DNA of 64,000 nucleotides, taken from the sequence record PZ386961.1. One strand, 5' to 3'. The stretch is from a phage. Both the position numbers and the translations under genes were made by a program. Positions 17,460 to 27,542 of this stretch are shown one piece after another (within the stretch, counting starts at the first letter, position 1; every line of letters starts with the position of its first letter). Below the pieces are notes generated by a model. That model ran no database searches. It saw nothing but the letters and a program-made list of their open reading frames with translations, and was not told the origin of the DNA.

Positions 17460-17510
17460 GTTATCTCCAAAATAAAAAGGGAACCTTTACAGTCCCCTTA
17501 TAGTATCTGT

Positions 17511-17831
17511 TTACTGAGCTACTTTCAAGATGCTTGTGAATGAAATCTCACTCTCATCCATAAACTCTTTTGCTTCTCCAGTAACTTTCACAAAGTTATC
17601 TAGGCAGATAATCTTCTTATCTTTCTTGCTGTAGGTTAGCTTAACCTTTTCAATATCTTTCTTAGAGCTTTTCTCTTCATTGAAGAGTTTTACAGCCTCT
17701 TTGAATGGGAGGTATGAGCCATCATCATCACTAATAAAACCTGTACCACAATAGTAGAAGTTGTATTCTTTAGCCATAAACTGGCACAGTACGAAAATCT
17801 GTAATTTACGAGTGTTATAAACTTTGCTCAT
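17511..17831 (-). CDS. hypothetical protein
   Basis: 106-aa ORF. Confidence 0.5.
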   Translation of the reverse strand: MSKVYNTRKLQIFVLCQFMAKEYNFYYCGTGFISDDDGSYLPFKEAVKLFNEEKSSKKDIEKVKLTYSKKDKKIICLDNFVKVTGEAKEFMDESEISFTSILKVAQ

Positions 17832-17833
17832 GG

Positions 17834-18091
17834 TTATTTAACCTTCTTGTTACGTTTACGGTTACGAGCTTTCTTAGCTGCTCGTTTAATAGCTGCTGCA
17901 CCGGATTGGCGGTGGGCTTGTTTCTTACCACCTTTGCCACGGCCTACATAGATACTTTCCATAATCTCATTAGCCAGCCTCTCATCCATCTTAAAATTCT
18001 GCATAAGATGAGTCACATCAACACCAGTGAGCATACCTAATGAAGCTAGTGCTGCTTTTACTTTTAATTTAAAACTATTCCAGAGTCCCAT
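17834..18091 (-). CDS. hypothetical protein with highly basic C-terminus
   Basis: 85-aa ORF; C-terminal KRAAKKARNRKRNKKVK. Confidence 0.45.
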   Translation of the reverse strand: MGLWNSFKLKVKAALASLGMLTGVDVTHLMQNFKMDERLANEIMESIYVGRGKGGKKQAHRQSGAAAIKRAAKKARNRKRNKKVK

Positions 18092-18214
18092 TTCATATCT
18101 CTCAATCTTTTCACAAAAGGTTTTAAGTTGCTCTTCAGTGACACCAAACGGTTAAGTTTGTTCTGTAGAACATTGTAAAGTGGCCTTTACCGATAACCTA
18201 CTTTACGACGAGAC

Positions 18215-18700
18215 TTACTCGGCTCGCCACTGACAATCACCTTGCCATCCGTACTCTTTTCTCCAGAGGTTTTGGTTATCAGAACCACGATATGGTTTAA
18301 CTGTTGGTTTAGATGAATCATACTTACCATCAATCACCACGTCAACATATTTCATCACATCAAGGTGAATTTTTTCATGTAACTGAAAACCTGTCCAGAG
18401 CCAGATAGATTTTTCTGGGTAAATGGTTTTAATACGTTTGCATATGTTGGTAACCTCTTGAATGTTTCTAGCATCCAGAGGTTCTCCACCAAGTATTGAC
18501 AGCCCACTGATGGCATTATCATCCATTAACTTAATGATGCCATAAAGGTTTGCATAAGTGAACTCTTTACCAGCATTAAACTTCCAAGATTCCTTATTAA
18601 AGCAACCTTCACAGTGATGCTTACAACCAGCTACGAAGAGGCTTACACGAACCCCTTCACCATTAGCTGTGTCAAATGGTCGAATCTCCATGTAATTCAT
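18215..18700 (-). CDS. nrdG: anaerobic ribonucleotide reductase activating protein (radical SAM)
   Basis: CxxxCxxC motif CKHHCEGC near N-terminus; 161 aa; downstream of nrdD. Confidence 0.8.
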   Translation of the reverse strand: MNYMEIRPFDTANGEGVRVSLFVAGCKHHCEGCFNKESWKFNAGKEFTYANLYGIIKLMDDNAISGLSILGGEPLDARNIQEVTNICKRIKTIYPEKSIWLWTGFQLHEKIHLDVMKYVDVVIDGKYDSSKPTVKPYRGSDNQNLWRKEYGWQGDCQWRAE

Positions 18701-18709
18701 CTAGTTACC

Positions 18710-19009
18710 TCACCAATACATATAAGTGTTCTTAGCGGCTTTCTTTGGAGACTTGCTATCAATATCAAAATCTTCATCTAAGAAGGATGTCTTAGAAAGC
18801 TGCCTTATTTGTGTTCTTGTAAGACGTTTAGTGGCCTTCTTAATCTCTCTACAAGGCTGGCTTGTGAAGTCGTAAGAGCCACCTTTTCTGGACATCATAT
18901 CAGAATGGAAGTAGACATCTGAAGCATTTTCTCTGTTACGTACCTCATTTCTCCACTCATAGAGTCCATGAACGTTCTTTAAACCTTTTCTTCGAATTGT
19001 TTTACTCAT
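18710..19009 (-). CDS. hypothetical protein
   Basis: 99-aa ORF. Confidence 0.45.
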   Translation of the reverse strand: MSKTIRRKGLKNVHGLYEWRNEVRNRENASDVYFHSDMMSRKGGSYDFTSQPCREIKKATKRLTRTQIRQLSKTSFLDEDFDIDSKSPKKAAKNTYMYW

Positions 19010-19401
19010 TCAAACACCACCTGACAAGGAACCTGTTTAGTAATAAACTCTTCACAGTGCTCTTTAATGAAGTTTTGTAATGGCACACAATCTTGTGCAC
19101 AAGTCATTAGCATAATGTACTCTGGATTCATAATATTTTCAAGACTGTAGAAGACAACATCGTCAGATAATTCATGACCGTCTTCTTCAGACCAAGTTCC
19201 AGTGACTACAGCTAATTTGTCAAGCAATTCATTAGGCAATGCTACACCATCTTCTACAGAATCACTTAGAACGTTGTCACCAACATACAATGTGAAGGTC
19301 GTATGAAATGTTGAGTATTTTACGTGATTCTTTTCGCAAGAGCCACACTCTGAGGCGTAATCTTTAATCCACTCTAATTGTTTTTGGCTTAACTTAATCA
19401 T
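19006..19401 (-). CDS. hypothetical protein
   Basis: 131-aa ORF, 4-nt overlaps on both sides. Confidence 0.5.
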   Translation of the reverse strand: MIKLSQKQLEWIKDYASECGSCEKNHVKYSTFHTTFTLYVGDNVLSDSVEDGVALPNELLDKLAVVTGTWSEEDGHELSDDVVFYSLENIMNPEYIMLMTCAQDCVPLQNFIKEHCEEFITKQVPCQVVFE

Positions 19402-19613
19402 AATTTGACCTTAGTTGGTATTGCAGAAAATGCAATAGTTAACCCTAAAAATGGTTTGAAGCATGACCACAAATCCATCTGACCCTGATATGAAAACTCC
19501 CATTGTGGGTCTGAGAAACCCCATACTGTGACACTAACCCCAATAAAGAATACCGCTATATGCAGTATTGGTGTCGACACCTTTAAAAGCTTAGACATAA
19601 TTAATTCCACCAT
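19398..19613 (-). CDS. hypothetical small membrane protein
   Basis: 71-aa ORF with hydrophobic segments. Confidence 0.4.
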   Translation of the reverse strand: MVELIMSKLLKVSTPILHIAVFFIGVSVTVWGFSDPQWEFSYQGQMDLWSCFKPFLGLTIAFSAIPTKVKL

Positions 19614-19984
19614 ATAGTTTTCCCATTATCACATGTGTAAAGATATTCTATAGAAGTTTGTGGAACAAGTATAGTGGTACTCCCACTAAGCACGCTCACA
19701 AAATAAGTGACCTCACGGTTTTGAGAGGTTTTTACACAATTGTTTGCATCCATCCATGCCATTACCTTATACGAATCATATACAACAAAAGCACAAAATA
19801 TAAGGAATCCCACTACCATAGCTTTAAAGATAAACTCAGGCCAAAAATCTGAGCAAATAATGTCTTTAAAACGCATGACACCGATAATGATTAATATGAT
19901 GAGACATGCAAGGCTACAAACTGCTACATAAAGCCACAAGTCCATGATACAACTCCAATAAAAAAGGTGATGTAAGCCTATCAA
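19601..19984 (-). CDS. hypothetical multi-pass membrane protein
   Basis: 127-aa ORF with 3 hydrophobic helices. Confidence 0.45.
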   Translation of the reverse strand: MIGLHHLFYWSCIMDLWLYVAVCSLACLIILIIIGVMRFKDIICSDFWPEFIFKAMVVGFLIFCAFVVYDSYKVMAWMDANNCVKTSQNREVTYFVSVLSGSTTILVPQTSIEYLYTCDNGKTIWWN

Positions 19985-20018
19985 GACTCACACCACCATG
20001 TCAAGTTTTTACATAAGG

Positions 20019-20576
20019 CTATTTTTTCTTACAATTGTCAAAATGGTATCGAGTCATGTTACCAGCACCACCAGTCATACCACAATGAGGGCAAGTTTTC
20101 TTTTTCTTTGGCTTTTTTCCGGCTTCTGACATCTTCTTCCTTGTTTCTATAGACCTTTTACAACCTTTTGATTTTGTATTGCCTATTTGAGATTCTCCTA
20201 ATCGTCTTCGATGTTCTTCAGTGAAAACCCTACCTTTATTCACAATAGATAGAGCTTTCGAGTTCAAAGCCCTTACCTTTTCATAGTCTCTGGATGATAT
20301 TTTCCTATCTAGGCCATCATGAGCTAACCTGTTCCATGCAAACCATAACTTATGATTGTTTGGATACATCTTAACCAGTAATTTATGAGCTATATAATGC
20401 TCTCTAGGTGTAAGTAAAGCAATATTATCTCCACTAATTTTATCGCCACCTAGACATACTGGTATGATATGGTGTCTTTCATAACCCTTACCTTGACATT
20501 TGTAGTATGTAAGAGGCACACCCCTTTCAGAATGTGCCTTCTTAATAATTGCATTATATATCAGTTCGTAATTCAT
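20019..20576 (-). CDS. HNH homing endonuclease (free-standing) with C-terminal zinc finger
   Basis: HNH motif ERHHIIPVCLGGDKISGDNIALLTPREH; C-terminal CPHCG; track ORF extends to 20627, overlapping nrdD 3' end. Confidence 0.7.
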   Translation of the reverse strand: MNYELIYNAIIKKAHSERGVPLTYYKCQGKGYERHHIIPVCLGGDKISGDNIALLTPREHYIAHKLLVKMYPNNHKLWFAWNRLAHDGLDRKISSRDYEKVRALNSKALSIVNKGRVFTEEHRRRLGESQIGNTKSKGCKRSIETRKKMSEAGKKPKKKKTCPHCGMTGGAGNMTRYHFDNCKKK

Positions 20577-20583
20577 TTGTATG

Positions 20584-22728
20584 CTACATAGAAACCCTAT
20601 CCTTAATTTCTGCCATCTTAGCGTCATTCATTCGAGACTGACCTTTAATTTTTGTGAATGACAAGTACCCACACACCCTGTTAATCACAGAGATATCATG
20701 TGAGTGACAAACTTCACACTCTTCAACATCTGATTTTGGTCTGTTACCACAATGCTCACAGATTGCTAAGTCAAAGTTAAGTCCCTGATAAAAACCCTTC
20801 AACATCCCTCTTGTAATACAGCTCTTAAGTGCTGTTAAGTTTTCTGGGTTAGCTACTCTTACATACTGGATTCTACCGCCTCTACAGATATGGAAGAATG
20901 GCTCTTCTAAGTCCTGCTTCTCAAATGGTGAGATGTCTGCTGCAACATTCATATGGAAACTGTTTGTAAAGTATTCCTTATCGGAAACACCTTTGATAAC
21001 CCCAAACATATCTCTGAACTGTTTTAGCTGAGTCCCACATAGTGATTCTGCTGGAGTACCATAGACGGCATATAAGAAGCCATCTTCATTTTTAAACTCT
21101 TCGGTTTTCATGTTAATGTATGCCAGAACATCATATGCAAAACTATAGCTTCCAACTTCATGAAGTCGTTTACCTTCAGCAAGAACAGACAACTCATCAA
21201 GCGCAGTAACACCAAAAGAAGCTGTGAAGGACTTCACAATATCCCAACCAACCTTGTCAGTAGGTTTCTTAGTTCCTTTGTACAGACCACCTTGTGTGAA
21301 TGCAAGAGGGTTAGAACTTGCTGGCATATTAGCAATCATTTCGTAGCGTTTCTTATGGAAACTACGAATCATCTCTAGGTACTTATCAAGCTCTTTCCAG
21401 AAATCTAAACCATTCTCTTTAGAATACTGGTAAATCATTGGCAAGTTCAAAGATACAGCACCAATGTTAGCACGACCAACGTAGAACTCTTCTCCACCCT
21501 CATTAAGATATGGAGATAAAAAGGCTCTGCAACCCATCGGTGAAATTACCTTACCAGAACGCTCAAAAGCCTCTGCTACAGCACCATGACCAGACACACT
21601 TAAGAAATCTGGGTACATTGCTTTAGAGCAACACTCGATGGCTTTACTGTACAGGTGACCTTGACAGATATTTTCATCATGTCTCTTCTGGTCATAAATA
21701 TAAACCAGTTTAGGGAATACAACAGGTTTTTTGCTCTTGCCTTGTCCATTCATACGAACATCTAGGAGAGTACTTGCAATCATGTATTGGAGTCGATTAT
21801 CCTCATTAGACATATCTGAGTCAAGTAAACCAAATGTTAAAGTTGTGAATGCAAAATCACCACGGCTACAAGGTACGGTATTTAGTTTCATCTCAAGTGA
21901 CTGAAAACCCTGAGTCAGTTCAATTTGTAACTGCTCCATTACATAATTGTGGTAATGCTCTTTAGGAATACCATAAGATGATGCTTTCTCAGCATGATAG
22001 CGTAGAGACTTCTTAGCATACGGTACAAGTACCTTATCAATCTCTGCTAAAGTAAAACCACCAAATTGCTGTGCAGTTGCTGAAAGTACTACGTCACCAA
22101 TAACCTGCAACGCTGACAGTACAGATTTAGGTTCACAGTACTCAATGCCGGACATTTCAAAGCCACCTTTTAGTACTTTACCAATGTCAAACAGGCAACA
22201 GTTAATACCACCAAAAATCAGGTCTCTCAAATCGTGGATATAGATAAAGCCTTTCTCAATGGCTTCAAGTTCCTCTGGTGTTAGATGATACTGTTTAAAG
22301 ATTTCTTTAGTCAGGTAACCACGGATAATTGAACCTTTCGTAGAAATTAAACTGCTGTCAAAGTTAGCATTTTCACGGTCACCTAAGAAGAGTGTATCTT
22401 TAGTCTTCTGGTAGAGTTCGTCCCAATTTTGAGCAACCTCTTTACGGTAATTTCTGTATGTTGAGTAAGACTCATAAATCTCGTGATTGACCTCTGCCAA
22501 AGCACCTTCAACAATACTGTGAATATCATTTACCGAGATAAGCAAATTATTCTGCTTAGTGGACTTTACCAAAATCCTCATGAATGCTGACTCAAGAGCT
22601 TGGGTAACATCTGGTGGCAGTTCTTTATACCCAACCCTGTTAGCTGACTTTGTTACTGCCGCTAAAACTTTTTTGATATCGGGTTCTTCAAGTGAGCCGT
22701 TCTTTTTAATAATCTGTACTTTGTTCAT
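20584..22728 (-). CDS. nrdD: anaerobic ribonucleoside-triphosphate reductase
   Basis: 714 aa; C-terminal Zn site CEHCG...CEVCHSHD and glycyl-radical motif RVCGYL. Confidence 0.9.
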   Translation of the reverse strand: MNKVQIIKKNGSLEEPDIKKVLAAVTKSANRVGYKELPPDVTQALESAFMRILVKSTKQNNLLISVNDIHSIVEGALAEVNHEIYESYSTYRNYRKEVAQNWDELYQKTKDTLFLGDRENANFDSSLISTKGSIIRGYLTKEIFKQYHLTPEELEAIEKGFIYIHDLRDLIFGGINCCLFDIGKVLKGGFEMSGIEYCEPKSVLSALQVIGDVVLSATAQQFGGFTLAEIDKVLVPYAKKSLRYHAEKASSYGIPKEHYHNYVMEQLQIELTQGFQSLEMKLNTVPCSRGDFAFTTLTFGLLDSDMSNEDNRLQYMIASTLLDVRMNGQGKSKKPVVFPKLVYIYDQKRHDENICQGHLYSKAIECCSKAMYPDFLSVSGHGAVAEAFERSGKVISPMGCRAFLSPYLNEGGEEFYVGRANIGAVSLNLPMIYQYSKENGLDFWKELDKYLEMIRSFHKKRYEMIANMPASSNPLAFTQGGLYKGTKKPTDKVGWDIVKSFTASFGVTALDELSVLAEGKRLHEVGSYSFAYDVLAYINMKTEEFKNEDGFLYAVYGTPAESLCGTQLKQFRDMFGVIKGVSDKEYFTNSFHMNVAADISPFEKQDLEEPFFHICRGGRIQYVRVANPENLTALKSCITRGMLKGFYQGLNFDLAICEHCGNRPKSDVEECEVCHSHDISVINRVCGYLSFTKIKGQSRMNDAKMAEIKDRVSM

Positions 22729-22746
22729 TATTGCCCCTTTACATGC

Positions 22747-22769
22747 TAAAAAGGTCTCCGAAGAGACCC
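22747..22769 (-). terminator. rho-independent terminator-like hairpin upstream of nrdD
   Basis: GGTCTC-CGAA-GAGACC with flanking A/T runs. Confidence 0.45.
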
Positions 22770-22776
22770 TTTCATT

Positions 22777-22983
22777 TTAAATCTTTTTAGAAAACTTAGA
22801 AACGAGTTTTCTCAGTTTTTCAGTGATGCCTAACTGTATCTCTAATATTTCAAAGATAACCCATAGTAACATGGCCCCAAACAATGAACCTTGTTCAAAA
22901 TCAGTAAATAGGTTAACAATCAGCATACCAATCACAATAGCTGGTGCATCAACAACCAAACCTTCCCAAATGCGTTTAAGCAT
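22777..22983 (-). CDS. hypothetical small membrane protein
   Basis: 68-aa ORF with two hydrophobic segments. Confidence 0.45.
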   Translation of the reverse strand: MLKRIWEGLVVDAPAIVIGMLIVNLFTDFEQGSLFGAMLLWVIFEILEIQLGITEKLRKLVSKFSKKI

Positions 22984-23218
22984 TATTCACCTCTGTCATA
23001 AAATTCTGTAGCGTCCCAACAGGCTTTAGGTTTTGTCCATCAGTTTTCATGATGAATGGCATCTGACGAACTGGCATCTGTGCAATATCCATCAGGTCTG
23101 ACAGTTCATAATCCTGCCCTAACATTCTCACAACATGGTCAATACCACGAGTTTTTGCAAAATTCTTTGCAGTCTCACACTGAGGGCATCCAGTTTTGGA
23201 GTAAATCACATAAGTCAT
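22976..23218 (-). CDS. glutaredoxin/NrdH-like redoxin
   Basis: Active-site CPQC near N-terminus (YSKTGCPQCETAK); 80 aa; adjacent to nrdB. Confidence 0.65.
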   Translation of the reverse strand: MTYVIYSKTGCPQCETAKNFAKTRGIDHVVRMLGQDYELSDLMDIAQMPVRQMPFIMKTDGQNLKPVGTLQNFMTEVNNA

Positions 23219-24291
23219 TAAGGAACCTCTAAAAATCCACTATTCAAATCATCTACAACAGTATTCAACAGGTACGCACCGTTCTGTTGCTCCTGATTAG
23301 CATTCTGCTCTTTATCAATTTCCATCTTCTTAATCATATACTTCAAAGGTGGTTCTTTAGGAGCTACAAAATCTCTGGGAATACCAAACATATCATACAG
23401 TGGGGCAGCATTATAGTAAACCCACTCATGAAGAAGTTTTGTATTTAACCCAACTACAGCACGTCCTTCAGAGAAGATATAATACGACCATTTCTCTTCA
23501 CTTTCAACTACTTCATCTAAGATTACTTTAATCTCTGGAAGAATTTGTTGAAAAGCTTTCTGCCACTCATCATCTCTTAAAGTTTCTTTTAAAACTTCAA
23601 TATCAATTTTGGTGTGAAGGATTTCATCAAGCATAATCTTCTGGACAGCTTGAGCAATACCCTGAAATTTATCCTGAGCATCAAGTGCAAAGGTACATGC
23701 AAAAGATGCCATGAAGGAAATACCTTCGAGTGCAGTCACTGCAAACAGCCCTTTCAGAATCACTTTATGGAAGTGTAAAGGGTCTTTGTCCAGAAGTGAA
23801 TCACGGACATAACTCAGGCGATAGTTTATACCTTCATCCAGTAATTCTTCAAGAACACGATTCACAGTTTTTAATCGGTCTTGTACAGCAACATTCTGGT
23901 TAATCTCATCTAAGATTGTTTCAGGGTTTTTAATACATTGCCTTACAATCTCTGAGTAAGTAAGAGCATGTAGGTTTTCAATCTCAGACTGCTTCATAAT
24001 TGCAGTTGCATAGATGTCATCAGAGATGAATGGTGCAAAGGCGAATGCCAAGCTCTTAGCAACTTGGGTATCTGCTTCCCACTGCCACTTAAGAATCTCA
24101 AGCATTACACCTGACATTGATGCTGGCACACTCTCAAAATCAAGACGTGATTGTTCAAAAGGAAACTCATCTTCTGACCAGTCTTGCGCTTTTTGTTGTT
24201 TATATAGCTCAAAGATTTTTGGGTAGTGTTTATTAAGTGAGTCAAATGTCTTTCTCTCACCACCTAAAAAGATTGGGTGTTGGTTAATCAT
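23218..24291 (-). CDS. nrdB: ribonucleotide reductase small (beta) subunit
   Basis: Position directly downstream of nrdA, typical size; ferritin-like region with DEILH; start at internal ATG 24291 (AGGAG RBS; track 24351). Confidence 0.75.
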   Translation of the reverse strand: MINQHPIFLGGERKTFDSLNKHYPKIFELYKQQKAQDWSEDEFPFEQSRLDFESVPASMSGVMLEILKWQWEADTQVAKSLAFAFAPFISDDIYATAIMKQSEIENLHALTYSEIVRQCIKNPETILDEINQNVAVQDRLKTVNRVLEELLDEGINYRLSYVRDSLLDKDPLHFHKVILKGLFAVTALEGISFMASFACTFALDAQDKFQGIAQAVQKIMLDEILHTKIDIEVLKETLRDDEWQKAFQQILPEIKVILDEVVESEEKWSYYIFSEGRAVVGLNTKLLHEWVYYNAAPLYDMFGIPRDFVAPKEPPLKYMIKKMEIDKEQNANQEQQNGAYLLNTVVDDLNSGFLEVP

Positions 24292-24545
24292 AGTGTGATT
24301 TCTCCTTTCTTTATCATTTCTAAGGCTTGTTTTCTGTCTAGAACTTCCCAATTTTCTTCATTGAACATTTCATATGGTCTTGCATAGATTTTACCATCTG
24401 CTGTAGAGACGTATGACACACCATCGACCCATGAGTCATCATTTTGTTTTATCATCATATCTGTGCTACTTACATAGTACATCGTTTTCCGAGGTTTGTA
24501 GAACAGATAAATTGGCCACTTATGATTTGCTATTAAGTCCTTCAT
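24288..24545 (-). CDS. hypothetical protein
   Basis: Track ORF 24288..24629; start moved to the internal ATG with a GGAGAG RBS; stop overlaps nrdB start (ATGA). Confidence 0.4.
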   Translation of the reverse strand: MKDLIANHKWPIYLFYKPRKTMYYVSSTDMMIKQNDDSWVDGVSYVSTADGKIYARPYEMFNEENWEVLDRKQALEMIKKGEITL

Positions 24546-24600
24546 ACTCTCTCCAAAGTTATTTTTAGAGGGTCTTTTACGACCCTCATAGTTGTTAAAA

Positions 24601-26835
24601 CTAAACACCACAACCCTCGCAATAAGCATCTTGCAGTGCAGATTTACCTACACCAATGCGACTGTTAAGGTAGTACATGGTTTTCATACCTACCGAGTTG
24701 GCATAAATCATGTACTTCAAAGCTTGAGCCAATGATACCTTCTTAGCTTTTGCGTAGTCAACATAGAAATCTGAAGAGATAGCTTGACCAGTGAACTTTT
24801 GAACAATTGCATAACAATCAATCAGGTCAAAGGTGTCAATACCCCAAGCAATTTCATATACATACTTCAACTCTTCATAATCTGGAACAATAAACAACAC
24901 GTTACCAGTTGCAGACTTTTTAGTTAAAATAAAGTCACGAATTGGGTACAAGCCATTTGTCGTATTAGTTGCTAGTGAAGAACTCTCATTAGGCATGTAA
25001 GCTTCTAATACAGAGTTTCGGATTCCACCATTCTCTTTGATACGTTGTGCTAAGTCATCCCAATCATATCGTAGTTTCGCATCATGCTTTTCATCAATCT
25101 TCTTGTTAGCTGTCTTTGGAGGAACCCACCCTTCAGGATACTTAGTGAACTGCATATACTCAGGTACACCACGTTCTTTAGCAAGTCTCAAAGAAGCTTC
25201 GTGTAAGTAGTAAGAGTGCATTTCAGCAAGCTCATGAAGCTTCGTCTTACCCGCTCTTGAAGAATAGTTCACGTAGTTCTTCGCAAGGTAATGAGCCACA
25301 TTTGTAAGGCCAATCCCAACAGAACGACGCTTCTGAACATGGTTACGCATCGACGGATACGGATAATCCATAAGGTCAATAACGGAGTCAACCATTGCAA
25401 GAGCATAATAAGCAACGTCAGCGTATTCATCTTCTGAAATTCTCCCTGCAACCAAACTAGCTAGGAAGCAAAGAGCCACCTCACCATCCTCTTTCACAGC
25501 ATCGTCTCTGTAAAGGTCTGTCTCTTTCTCAAAACCATACACTGGCAATACAATTTCCATACAAAGATTTGACATCTTCAATGGTTCTTTAAATGGTGTA
25601 TGTGTGTTTGCATTGTTAGTGAAGAATGGATACACACGACCTGTAGCATAACGCTGTTGAATAAACAGCTTAGCAATTTCACGAGCCTTGACTCGTCTGT
25701 GTTTAACACCTGAATGTACTGCATGACCAACTGCCATAGCAAACTCATCAGCAGATGCTGTGTAGAACATGTCATAGAGTTTTGGTGCATCTTTGTAAGA
25801 GAATAGCAACCAATCTGTATCATACTGAACACACTGCCAGAAATAATCGTTTGTGCCGAATGAGTAGTCCATCTCATTAATACGTTTAGAAGGAACCGTT
25901 GTAGGGTGCTTCAAACGCAGTAAATCTTCAATCTGCGGGTCTAGAGCAGTGTAGAAGTTATTAGCTGAACCACCACGACTCTTCTGTTTGTTTGCCTCTA
26001 CAGATGAACGTACAAGCTTGTAATAAGGTAGCTTACCCATGTGCTCAATAGTATTTTGACGGATACCATCACCAATAGTGCGAGTCTCCATCAGCATACC
26101 AATACCAGCTTGCTTTGTAGTCATGTCATAAGCAATCTTTGCAGCAATACCAAGTGATTCAGCAGTATCATTTGCCTTAATCAAACAGCATGACGCATAG
26201 CCTGATTTAGTTGCTCTTAAACCGTTTAAATAAGGCGTAGGAGCGTTAATCTTCAGGTCAGATAGGTAAGTGTACAGCTTGATAACATCTTGCAGTCTAC
26301 GGTGCTTTGGTTGCTTCTCAAAGGCTTTCATAGCCATACCCATAAACATAAATTGAGGTGACTCAAAAAGTCTTCCAGTTTTAATATCACGGATACCATA
26401 CTTGTCTCTGAACTGTTTCAATACTGCATAGCCGTAAGAGATATCTTTTGAGTGTACGATGTAACCTTGCAGATATTCAAGCTCTTCCTGTGAATAATCC
26501 ATCTTCTCCCAAAGTCCTGCTCTCTCCATATTTTTAACGAAGGTAATCAGTGTAGGAACCTTAGTAAAGCCTCCAAAGGCTTCTTTGTAGATAATACCCA
26601 GAAGTAGCCGTCCAGCCATATCTGAGTACTCTTGAGTTTGTTTATCAACACAAACATCAATCATGGCTTGGTGCATCTCTTTTGTGGTGCAACCTTCATA
26701 GACACGTTTCATAGCTTCCATAGTGACTTCTGACCAGATAATTCCACGCTTATCTGCCCATGATGCCCATTTATTCAGTCTTTCTGGGTCAAAGCTTACT
26801 ACTGTACCGTTTGATTTTTTAATTGTCTTAATCAT
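24601..26835 (-). CDS. nrdA: ribonucleotide reductase large (alpha) subunit
   Basis: 744 aa; catalytic block SNLCMEI; C-terminal CEGCG. Confidence 0.9.
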   Translation of the reverse strand: MIKTIKKSNGTVVSFDPERLNKWASWADKRGIIWSEVTMEAMKRVYEGCTTKEMHQAMIDVCVDKQTQEYSDMAGRLLLGIIYKEAFGGFTKVPTLITFVKNMERAGLWEKMDYSQEELEYLQGYIVHSKDISYGYAVLKQFRDKYGIRDIKTGRLFESPQFMFMGMAMKAFEKQPKHRRLQDVIKLYTYLSDLKINAPTPYLNGLRATKSGYASCCLIKANDTAESLGIAAKIAYDMTTKQAGIGMLMETRTIGDGIRQNTIEHMGKLPYYKLVRSSVEANKQKSRGGSANNFYTALDPQIEDLLRLKHPTTVPSKRINEMDYSFGTNDYFWQCVQYDTDWLLFSYKDAPKLYDMFYTASADEFAMAVGHAVHSGVKHRRVKAREIAKLFIQQRYATGRVYPFFTNNANTHTPFKEPLKMSNLCMEIVLPVYGFEKETDLYRDDAVKEDGEVALCFLASLVAGRISEDEYADVAYYALAMVDSVIDLMDYPYPSMRNHVQKRRSVGIGLTNVAHYLAKNYVNYSSRAGKTKLHELAEMHSYYLHEASLRLAKERGVPEYMQFTKYPEGWVPPKTANKKIDEKHDAKLRYDWDDLAQRIKENGGIRNSVLEAYMPNESSSLATNTTNGLYPIRDFILTKKSATGNVLFIVPDYEELKYVYEIAWGIDTFDLIDCYAIVQKFTGQAISSDFYVDYAKAKKVSLAQALKYMIYANSVGMKTMYYLNSRIGVGKSALQDAYCEGCGV

Positions 26836-26852
26836 TTTTAAATCCTACAGAT

Positions 26853-26878
26853 GAAAAGAGCCTCCGAAGAGGCTCCCT
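26853..26878 (-). terminator. rho-independent terminator-like hairpin upstream of nrdA
   Basis: GAGCCTC-CGAA-GAGGCTC followed by U-run on minus strand. Confidence 0.5.
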
Positions 26879-26881
26879 AGT

Positions 26882-27217
26882 TTAAATCTTGAAAATTTGC
26901 TCATTCTGCCACATATCGTAAAACTTATCGCTTACCTTTGTGACTGATGAAGTGTGCATACAATTCAGGAACCACGATGATGTGTTGCCATTCATAATTG
27001 CTTCAAGCTCTTGTGTAGTGTTCTCATCCATGTCTGCAACAACGTAATTACCTCGCATCTTGCAAACAATTCTTCCAAACAAGATTGCACTTCTGCCTCT
27101 TCGGTCGTCGCAGTACATAACTGTATCCCCGTGCTTGATATCTTGTCCGATACTGTCAACACCTAACTTAGCACCTGAGATGATGTCATCATAAGATAGC
27201 TTTTTTGTTTTAGACAC
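26882..27217 (-). CDS. hypothetical protein
   Basis: 111-aa ORF. Confidence 0.5.
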   Translation of the reverse strand: MSKTKKLSYDDIISGAKLGVDSIGQDIKHGDTVMYCDDRRGRSAILFGRIVCKMRGNYVVADMDENTTQELEAIMNGNTSSWFLNCMHTSSVTKVSDKFYDMWQNEQIFKI

Positions 27218-27542
27218 GGTATTTCTCCAAGTTTCTTTTTAGGTACAACCAACCATAGTCAGTCCTTTCTACACCCATAAAGAGTGGAGCCATCACAACT
27301 TTACCAAAAGTGTTCCTGTGTTGGCAGATTTCAAAAGAATACTCTTTCTCAATATCAATCCCGTATTTGTACAGGACTGCTTTTAAAACTTGTTCATTGT
27401 CCAGAAGTGTATCTGGAGTCTCACCATACTTCTCAAGTAACGGGTCATTCATAAACACCGTCATAGAAATATTATAGTTTGAGAAGTGGCTCTTCTGAGC
27501 CACACCTTCTTTATTAATGTTCTGTGAATCCATTATAACCAA
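27210..27542 (-). CDS. hypothetical protein
   Basis: 110-aa ORF. Confidence 0.5.
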   Translation of the reverse strand: MVIMDSQNINKEGVAQKSHFSNYNISMTVFMNDPLLEKYGETPDTLLDNEQVLKAVLYKYGIDIEKEYSFEICQHRNTFGKVVMAPLFMGVERTDYGWLYLKRNLEKYRV